This document shows positions 24,545-32,000 of a stretch of 32,000 bases of DNA, piece after piece (within the stretch, counting starts at the first letter, position 1; the number at the start of each line of letters is the position of its first letter). Where the stretch lies: positions 480,001-512,000 of the forward strand of contig NC_006576.1 in the NCBI RefSeq assembly GCF_000010065.1, written 5' to 3'. Below the pieces are notes generated by a model, which worked only from the letters and a program-made list of their open reading frames with translations, made no database searches and was not told the DNA's origin. The position numbers and the translations under genes are program-made. This stretch comes from Synechococcus elongatus PCC 6301 (GTDB lineage: Bacteria; Cyanobacteriota; Cyanobacteriia; Synechococcales; Synechococcaceae).

Positions 24545-25783
24545 TTGGACGGGCGCACCCTCGGTTTATGGCTGTTACCACCAGTCGTTGGCGGGATTAT
24601 TGGCTACTTCACCAACGATCTCGCGATTCGCATGTTGTTTCGGCCCTATCGCCCAGTCGTGATCGGGGGCTGGCAGCTGCCGTTTACACCGGGACTGATT
24701 CCAGCCAACCAAGGGCGATTAGCAAGGCGGATTGCCGACGCCATTTTGGGATCGCTGCTGACCCCTGATGCGCTCCATGATCTGGCGCGCCGCCTCCTAG
24801 AACTGCCGCGCTTGGAAGCGGCGATCGCCTGGTTAGTCAGCTTGTTACTAGAGCGCCTGCGCGAGGTTCGAGATCCCCGCAGCATTGAGGTGGCTGCTGA
24901 TGTATTGCGCGACTTGGCGGGCAGTGCCCTACCCCGCTGGCTACGGGCGATCGTTCGCCAGCGCCAAGGGTTAGACGCCCAGATCGATCGTTGGTTTGAA
25001 CAGCAGCTCCTCAGCCAGAAACTGGGCCCTTTGCAGGCACAACAGCTGGGCGACTGGTTACTAGAGGGCGCATTTCCACCCGATCAGATTCGGCGGGTCA
25101 TGCTGGACTTTCTCACCGACGACAACATCCGCAATCTCGATCGCATCGTTCGCGATCGCACCCGGGGCACCGACTGGGTGATCGCCAATTTGTTTGGGGT
25201 GCAGTCTAGCTTGCAGCGACTGCGCCAGTTTCTGCGTGAGCAACCCGAAGCAGGCGACGCGGTAATTGCCGAACTCAGTCAACGGTTGGCCCTGCGCCAA
25301 CAGCTCAGCCAAGCCCTGCAAACCTTTCAGCTGACCGATTTGCCTCAGACGACCCTCACCGATCTCCGTCTTCAACTGCGTCAGGGACTGCGCCAATGGC
25401 TGGATCAGGATGGCCTGTCGCTACTAGAAGGGGCACTGGGCGGTCTCGATTGGACCGCAGCGGCGCGGGCCTTGCTCGATCGCTTGCGGACAGCAGTGAT
25501 CAGTGACGAGGCGATCGCCGCCTTTAGACACGAAGTGGCGCTGATCCTCGACCAGCGGCTGGAGCATGAATTGGAAGATTTAGTTGCTGCCGCCCTGCCC
25601 ATTTTGGCCTTGGAAGACCTGATTATCGGTCGCGTTGAGGCGACGCCGGCAGCCGATCTGGAAGCGGCAATTCAAGGGATTGTTCGCAGTGAGTTGCAGG
25701 CGATCGTCAATATTGGCGGCGTTTTGGGGGTACTGCTGGGCTGCGTGCAAAGCCTGATCAACGTTTGGTCTTTAAGCACCTAG
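24545..25783 (+). CDS. DUF445-family membrane-associated protein
   Basis: The N-terminus GGIIGYFTNDLAIRMLFRPYRP is the DUF445 hallmark, and a C-terminal TM segment is present. The TTG start lies 2 nt after the menG stop. Confidence 0.8.
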   Translation: MDGRTLGLWLLPPVVGGIIGYFTNDLAIRMLFRPYRPVVIGGWQLPFTPGLIPANQGRLARRIADAILGSLLTPDALHDLARRLLELPRLEAAIAWLVSLLLERLREVRDPRSIEVAADVLRDLAGSALPRWLRAIVRQRQGLDAQIDRWFEQQLLSQKLGPLQAQQLGDWLLEGAFPPDQIRRVMLDFLTDDNIRNLDRIVRDRTRGTDWVIANLFGVQSSLQRLRQFLREQPEAGDAVIAELSQRLALRQQLSQALQTFQLTDLPQTTLTDLRLQLRQGLRQWLDQDGLSLLEGALGGLDWTAAARALLDRLRTAVISDEAIAAFRHEVALILDQRLEHELEDLVAAALPILALEDLIIGRVEATPAADLEAAIQGIVRSELQAIVNIGGVLGVLLGCVQSLINVWSLST

Positions 25784-25867
25784 TGTCAGCTTGCAGCTCA
25801 CCAAACCTCTCGTGATCCCGATCAAGGATCAGCAAGGGACCGTCCCAGCCGTCAGCTAAGATTTGAG

Positions 25868-25949
25868 CAGGCTAGGGGTGCTCAACAGGGTTGGGCTGAG
25901 ATTACACCCTTGGAACCTGGCACCGGGTAATACCGGCGGAGGGAAGCTG
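25868..25949 (+). promoter_or_regulatory. TPP (THI-box) riboswitch aptamer
   Basis: CAGGCUAGGGGUGC...GGCUGAGA..ACACCCUUGGAACCUGGCACCGGGUAAUACCGGCGGAGGGAAGCUG contains all conserved THI-box blocks. It ends 130 nt upstream of thiC. Confidence 0.92.
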
Positions 25950-26024
25950 ATCAGAATGATTCCATCGCGATCGCGTGGCAACAGGCGATCGAGGGTCTTC
26001 TCCTCGAAAATCGGGTACTCCTAG

Positions 26025-27449
<1,425 letters not shown>

Positions 27450-27486
27450 GTTCTCGAGCTCTCTTAAGCTGAATTAGAATTGAGCG

Positions 27487-27517
27487 ATCGCTCCTCTAGT
27501 GGCACTGGGGGAGCGAT
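27487..27517 (+). terminator. Hairpin between convergent genes, a possible thiC terminator
   Basis: ATCGCTCC (27487-27494) pairs with GGAGCGAT (27510-27517) and is followed by TTCTTGATC. The left arm is part of a HIP1 copy. Confidence 0.4.
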
Positions 27518-27524
27518 TTCTTGA

Positions 27525-27950
27525 TCACCGCGAACGCGGCGTTTGTCGGCATTGCTTGAGGATGCGCTGATCGTTGTCACTGAGACGCTTGAGGTCGTAA
27601 AAGCCCGCCAGTTGGGGCGGTTGGTTGGGCTCCGTGGCGGCCGCAGCGATCGGAATGCTGAAACGGTACTCTTGCCCATCAAAACTGTCGGCAATAGTCA
27701 GCACCAGTTGGCGATCGCGGATGGTGCCCTGAAAACAGTCAAAGGAGGAATAGGGCATGTAGATTGCACCTTCCAAACGGTTGCCCGCTGCGGCAAAGAC
27801 AAGATAGGTTTTGCCAATTTCATCACGGGTTTTGGCTTCGCCGTAGAGATAGGCTCCATCCCCCCAGGCAACCTGCGATAGTCCAGCAGTAACCCAGATT
27901 CCCAAGCTGCCGAGAATTGCTGCACCCAGACTGTAGCTTAGGCTGCGCAT
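27525..27950 (-). CDS. Hypothetical secreted protein
   Basis: The 141-aa ORF begins at ATG 27950, preceded by AGGAGGAGGAAGTGAT. Its signal peptide is MRSLSYSLGAAILGSLGIWVTAGLSQVAWG. I recognise no family. Confidence 0.7.
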   Translation of the reverse strand: MRSLSYSLGAAILGSLGIWVTAGLSQVAWGDGAYLYGEAKTRDEIGKTYLVFAAAGNRLEGAIYMPYSSFDCFQGTIRDRQLVLTIADSFDGQEYRFSIPIAAAATEPNQPPQLAGFYDLKRLSDNDQRILKQCRQTPRSR

Positions 27951-28267
27951 ATCACTTCCTCCTCCTATCCCCAAGGTAGGTGGGGGATCAGCGCCTGAAT
28001 CCAAAGAATAGTTAAAGCCTGGTGATCACTATCGGGATAAACTGCTGGCTTGCACCTGTTGAAAGCTGATTCGGCGGCTGGGGATAGTCGCGATCGCAGA
28101 GGGCCTCTAGCGTGCTTGGAACTGGAGTAGTCGTGCTACTGGCCTTTAGCCAGTCTAGGGCGTGACTTGAATGCCTAACAGGAATTCTGATTAGCCTCTA
28201 TCTAACTGGGTAACTGAGAACCACGGAGTAGGATCAACCGTGATCTCTGAGAAAGCGGGGCTCTTGC

Positions 28268-28885
28268 GTGAGTTTGGCTGACCGCCTTTGGCAACAAAAT
28301 CAAGCCTTGGTTGCTGAGATTCGGGTTCATCCCTTTGTCGTGGCGTTGGTGAAAGGCAGCCTGCCCTTGACTAACTTCCAGACCTACATTGGTCAGGATG
28401 CTTTTTTCCTAGAAGCCTTTGCGCGGGCCTACAGTATTGCGGCAGCCAAGTCGGCCAATCAGCAAGATTTTGAGCAGTTCCATCAGTTGGCTGATGGCAT
28501 CCTAGCCGAACTGAAGCTCCATGCCAGTCTGGCCACTCGCTGGCAGATCGATCTGCGATCGGTGCAGCCCAATCCAGCCACGCATCGCTATGTGGATTTT
28601 TTGACGGCGATCGCTTGGAGTCAACCACTGGGGGCGATCGCGGCGGCAATGGTGCCCTGTATGCGGCTCTATGCAGACCTGGGGCAGTTCTGGTCACAAC
28701 GCGGCTATGCCCCTCAACCCTACGGCGAGTGGGTCGAAACCTATGCTGATCCAGCCTTTGACAGTTTGGCCCAGCAGCTAGAAGCCCTGCTCGATCGCCA
28801 TGGGACCGAGGCGATCGCAGCAGAACCCTATACCTACGCACTGACTTGTGAGCGCGACTTTTTTAGTGCTGTGGGGACGGCATAG
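28268..28885 (+). CDS. tenA: TenA-family aminopyrimidine aminohydrolase (thiaminase II, thiamine salvage)
   Basis: It has HPFVVALVKGSLPLTNFQTYIGQDAFFLEAFARAY and the active-site Cys context MVPCMRLYADLG. It starts at GTG. Confidence 0.85.
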   Translation: MSLADRLWQQNQALVAEIRVHPFVVALVKGSLPLTNFQTYIGQDAFFLEAFARAYSIAAAKSANQQDFEQFHQLADGILAELKLHASLATRWQIDLRSVQPNPATHRYVDFLTAIAWSQPLGAIAAAMVPCMRLYADLGQFWSQRGYAPQPYGEWVETYADPAFDSLAQQLEALLDRHGTEAIAAEPYTYALTCERDFFSAVGTA

Positions 28886-29022
28886 CGCTATGGGGGGCAG
28901 TGTGTTGGCAGTCGGCTACGGCAATCGGTTTGAGATCCCCTCAACGCCTCCCTCACCCCAGAGACTGGCAAACTGTTGGTGGTCATGGGTTCGAATACTG
29001 CAATCGAGGCGCCGCCTAGCTA

Positions 29023-30159
29023 ATGCGTGTTTTGGGATTGATCAGTGGCACCAGTGCCGATGGCATTGATGTAGCGATCGCGGAAATTCAGGGTTTTCAG
29101 GCAGACTTAAGCGTTGCGCTACTGGCCTTTGAGACGATTGCCTACGAACCGAGCCTGCGCGATCGCATTTTGGAAGTCGCAGCCGGATTTCCGCTGAGCG
29201 TGGCGGAATTGACCGCACTCGACGCTGCGATCGCTCAAGCCTTTGCGACAGCAGCCCAAACCTTGATTCAGCAGCATGGTGCAGTGGATCTGATCGGGTC
29301 TCACGGCCAGACGGTTTACCATCAGCCGCTGCAAGCAGGGCAACTAGGCTGGAGTGTGCAGTTGGGCTGGGGAGCTGCGATCGCCCAGCAGACAGGGATT
29401 ACAACGGTCAGCAACTTCCGCAGTGCCGATCTGGCGTTGGGCGGTCAGGGAGCCCCCCCCGTTCCTGCAGTAGACCTGTGGTTGTTAGGCAGTGATTCCG
29501 AAAATCGTTGTGTGCAGAATATTGGTGGCATCGGTAATCTCACCTGGCTGCCGCGCCGCGATCACCCTGACTGGCAGTCGGAAGTCCGCGGTTGGGATAC
29601 CGGCCCTGGTAATTCCCTGCTGGATCTGGCGGTGCAAAAACTGAGCCAAGGTCGGCTCTCCTACGATGACGGTAGTCAGTGGGCCGCAACTGGACAGATC
29701 GATCAGGTGCTCTGCGATCGCTGGTTGCAGGAGGATGACTATTTCCGCTTGCCGCCGCCAAAATCGACAGGACGCGAACGCTACGGTTGGCAGTTTTTAG
29801 AGACTTGGGCGGCAGAACTCGATCGCCTCACAGCTGCGGATCAACTGGCAACTTTGACAGAATTTACTGCTGCCAGCATTGTTAATAACTATCGCCACTT
29901 TTTGCCAGCTTTACCCGATCGCGTTTTGGTCTGTGGCGGTGGGTTACATAATCAATTTTTGCTGCAGCGATTACAGCAGCAATTACCAACAGTGAAGATC
30001 GCGAGTACGGATGATTTTGGGGTCAACTCCCAAGCCAAGGAAGCGATCGCGATCGCGGTTCTAGCCTATTGGCGACAGCACAACGTTCCTGGCAATTTGC
30101 CGGCAGTGACTGGGGCGTCGGGTCCTGCCTTACTAGGCGATGTTTTTGCTCGAACCTAA
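29023..30159 (+). CDS. anmK: Anhydro-N-acetylmuramic acid kinase
   Basis: The N-terminus MRVLGLISGTSADGIDVAI and full-length AnmK-like conservation support the call. Confidence 0.93.
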   Translation: MRVLGLISGTSADGIDVAIAEIQGFQADLSVALLAFETIAYEPSLRDRILEVAAGFPLSVAELTALDAAIAQAFATAAQTLIQQHGAVDLIGSHGQTVYHQPLQAGQLGWSVQLGWGAAIAQQTGITTVSNFRSADLALGGQGAPPVPAVDLWLLGSDSENRCVQNIGGIGNLTWLPRRDHPDWQSEVRGWDTGPGNSLLDLAVQKLSQGRLSYDDGSQWAATGQIDQVLCDRWLQEDDYFRLPPPKSTGRERYGWQFLETWAAELDRLTAADQLATLTEFTAASIVNNYRHFLPALPDRVLVCGGGLHNQFLLQRLQQQLPTVKIASTDDFGVNSQAKEAIAIAVLAYWRQHNVPGNLPAVTGASGPALLGDVFART

Positions 30160-30799
30160 GCAGAGTTCTAATCCAATGCAGCCCCAGGAAACCGCAGCTC
30201 GATATGACACCATTGCCCAATGGTGGCAAACGCAACATCAAGATTCACAGTATGGCCTTCGACAATTAGAGCGAGCAATTCAATTTGTCGATCCGACTCA
30301 CCAGCCCAAGTTAGCTCTCGAGGTCGGCTGTGGTAGTAGTGGCCGCTTTATTGAGTGTCTGAGCAACAGAGGATTTCAGGTCGAAGGACTGGATATTTCC
30401 ACTGCAATGATTGATTTGGCTCAGCAACTACATCCTGAAGTGACTTTCTACAGAGCAGATATCTGTGAGTGGATTCCTAGCAAGTCCTACAGCTTGATTG
30501 TTGCTTGGGATAGTACCTTTCATCTACCGCTAGACCAACAAGCCCCTGTACACAGAAAACTCTGTGCTGCCCTAGAAGATCAGGGGATTTTGATGTTTAC
30601 CTGTGGCGGTGGAGATCAAGCCGGTGAAATTGCTGGTGTATTCCAAGGTCAGGATTTTGAGTACAGCACCCTAGGAATTGATGCATTTCTGAAGCTCCTC
30701 AGTGACTGCCACTGCACCTGTCTTCATCTTGAATACGATCAGTATCCTGAAAGGCATGTTTACGTGATCGCCAAAAAAGTTGGCGCTGCAATTCATTGA
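30140..30799 (+). CDS. Class I SAM-dependent methyltransferase
   Basis: It has motif I ALEVGCGSGRF. The start is ATG 30140, overlapping anmK by 20 nt, or ATG 30176. The gene is AT-richer and free of HIP1. Confidence 0.8.
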   Translation: MFLLEPKQSSNPMQPQETAARYDTIAQWWQTQHQDSQYGLRQLERAIQFVDPTHQPKLALEVGCGSSGRFIECLSNRGFQVEGLDISTAMIDLAQQLHPEVTFYRADICEWIPSKSYSLIVAWDSTFHLPLDQQAPVHRKLCAALEDQGILMFTCGGGDQAGEIAGVFQGQDFEYSTLGIDAFLKLLSDCHCTCLHLEYDQYPERHVYVIAKKVGAAIH

Positions 30800-30930
30800 A
30801 CAGACAATTAATCGACTCATAAAATCAGCCAGCTAATTGTCCTAAAACAAAAAGCTGGCCAATGTTAGATGGGTTTGAAACTGAATTGATGGCTGCTGAG
30901 CCTCATTTTTCTGTTGCTGTACCCGCTCAG

Positions 30931-30969
30931 AGAGCAAAATCAAAAGGCGTGAGTCTTGACTCCAACGCC
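30931..30969 (-). terminator. Intrinsic terminator of the small membrane-protein gene
   Basis: On the minus strand GGCGT-TG-GAGTC..GACTC-ACGCC forms a stem (30969-30946) with a 2-nt bulge. TTTTGATTTTGC follows, and the stem starts 22 nt past the stop. Confidence 0.5.
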
Positions 30970-30990
30970 GTGACAGAAAAAGGCGCGAAA

Positions 30991-31161
30991 TTAGATGAAT
31001 TGCCCCAAGATCAACGCCGCAACACCTGAAAACACAGTGATACCTAATGCGGTCAGCGGCGACTGTCCTTGAGCGACTGCAAAGGTCGTGACCACTCCAG
31101 CACCAAGGGCGGCAATTAGGAATTGGTCAAGCAGTGCGCTGTTCAGGAAAGGTCGCTTCAT
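30991..31161 (-). CDS. Small (56-aa) two-helix membrane protein, hypothetical
   Basis: The product is MKRPFLNSALLDQFLIAALGAGVVTTFAVAQGQSPLTALGITVFSGVAALILGQFI. The internal ATG is chosen because the longer track ORF overlaps the upstream gene. A terminator follows, but there is no clear ribosome-binding site. Confidence 0.4.
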   Translation of the reverse strand: MKRPFLNSALLDQFLIAALGAGVVTTFAVAQGQSPLTALGITVFSGVAALILGQFI

Positions 31162-31267
31162 GGCCGTGGGTGAATTGCATTCTGCGCTACAGATTACTGT
31201 TCGCTTAGGAAGCGATCGCGGCAGAATCCCCAGACTGTAATTAACGTTTGGGTTTCGCGACCTTTCG

Positions 31268-32000
31268 TTACAAGCTTGCTGGAACTGTGAAGCCACGTAA
31301 CGATTGTGCTCGTTCTTCAGGACTGAGGTTGAGCCCTTGCAACAAGACCCCAAAGTTTCCGAGTGCGGTGGGATCGAGCAACCGGTGTAGCACTTCGCGT
31401 CGCCGTAACAACTGACTCAGGTCTGATCCGGACTGTGGTTGGGAGAGTGCCATGAGGCGATCGCCCAAGCCCAGCGCCATCAGAAACAGAGCCTGTTCCG
31501 TAAAGGCCAAGCGTTTGAGCCCGAGCGCTTCGCCCCAGACTTCCAGCGCTGAAAAATTGACATGGGCCGTCAGATCTTGCTGCCCCGGCCGAGCATAGAG
31601 ATCGTTGTGAAAGCGTTGCTGCCAGTAGGCCTGAAGGGTGCCATCCGTGCGGCCAGCCGCGTAGTAGCGATCGCCGCTGTAGCCGTAATCGATCGTCAGC
31701 AAGTAGCCCCGCTGCAATCCCTGAACGACCTGAGCGAGCCACTGCTTCGCCGCCGGATGCACCTCCGTTCGGTAGCCCTCGGGCAGACGTGCGATCGCCG
31801 CTGCCAATCCCAAGTCTGCAAAGACATCAACAAGGTCAGGGCTCGACAGCGGTCCCAAGACTTCTTGCAGAACCCCCGCATTTTCCGTCACATAAATTTC
31901 TTGCCATTCACCCCCTTGCCACTGGATCCGATGCACCGGCAGGGCATCCACTAGCTCATTCGAGAAAGCCACACCGACGGTTGGCTGAGTGGCCCAGTCT
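31268..32000 (-). CDS. DUF185 (MidA/NDUFAF7-like) SAM-dependent methyltransferase; the N-terminus lies beyond the window
   Basis: The AFSNELVDALPVHRI motif is present. The reading frame stays open upstream of the track start, through ...DWATQPTVGV, to the window edge. Confidence 0.85.
   Translation of the reverse strand, partial: DWATQPTVGVAFSNELVDALPVHRIQWQGGEWQEIYVTENAGVLQEVLGPLSSPDLVDVFADLGLAAAIARLPEGYRTEVHPAAKQWLAQVVQGLQRGYLLTIDYGYSGDRYYAAGRTDGTLQAYWQQRFHNDLYARPGQQDLTAHVNFSALEVWGEALGLKRLAFTEQALFLMALGLGDRLMALSQPQSGSDLSQLLRRREVLHRLLDPTALGNFGVLLQGLNLSPEERAQSLRGFTVPASL

Noticed and set aside
28201-28260. TPP-riboswitch-like fragments (GGGUAACUGAGAACC, AACCGUGAUCU, GCGGGG) upstream of tenA.
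   Set aside because: There is no P3 hairpin between GGG and CUGAGA. The pyrophosphate-sensor helix (ACCUGAUC..GG.UAAU.CC.GCG.AGGGA) is also missing, so it is not a THI-box.
28987-28997. GGGTTCGAATA, a tRNA T-loop-like string upstream of anmK.
   Set aside because: The flanking bases (CATGG / CTGCA) cannot form a T-stem, and no acceptor or anticodon arms are present.

Overview
This window reads as an ordinary core-chromosome stretch of a cyanobacterium rich in HIP1 (GCGATCGC), at about 55-60% G+C. Gene content and HIP1 density suggest a Synechococcus elongatus-type genome, but that is recollection and I ran no search. All product names come from motifs I recognise in the ORF translations.

I support about 32 protein-coding genes, nearly all housekeeping:
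- two membrane-anchored Hanks Ser/Thr kinases
- a one-helix HLIP gene with a textbook HLR1 operator
- a TVP38/DedA gene coupled to a flavoprotein disulfide reductase
- an EcsC-like gene and pgk
- a tightly overlapping usp-rbgA-perM-rluD-kinase gene string
- a CheY-like regulator, cobD and HU
- a pentapeptide/TPR protein, a CRR6-like gene, mrp, rodA and nagB
- an HtrA protease, dnaA, menG and a DUF445 gene
- a TPP riboswitch with thiC, then tenA and anmK
- two SAM methyltransferases

I found no tRNA, rRNA, CRISPR array, transposase, integrase or recognisable defence module. I do not see a convincing novel multi-gene system.

The best unexplained signals are:
1. A dyad-symmetric, ORF-free unit at 3123-3356. 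It has a near-consensus promoter, a perfect 17-bp hairpin and a facing weaker promoter, and looks like a pair of convergent small RNAs. A Yfr1-like ACUCCUCAC motif lies next to it.
2. The translationally coupled TVP38/DedA plus non-MerA flavoprotein reductase pair, which sits in an AT-richer patch.
3. A Hanks kinase start-overlapped with ribosome-biogenesis genes.
4. A 336-bp convergent spacer carrying a G10 run and mutually exclusive hairpins.
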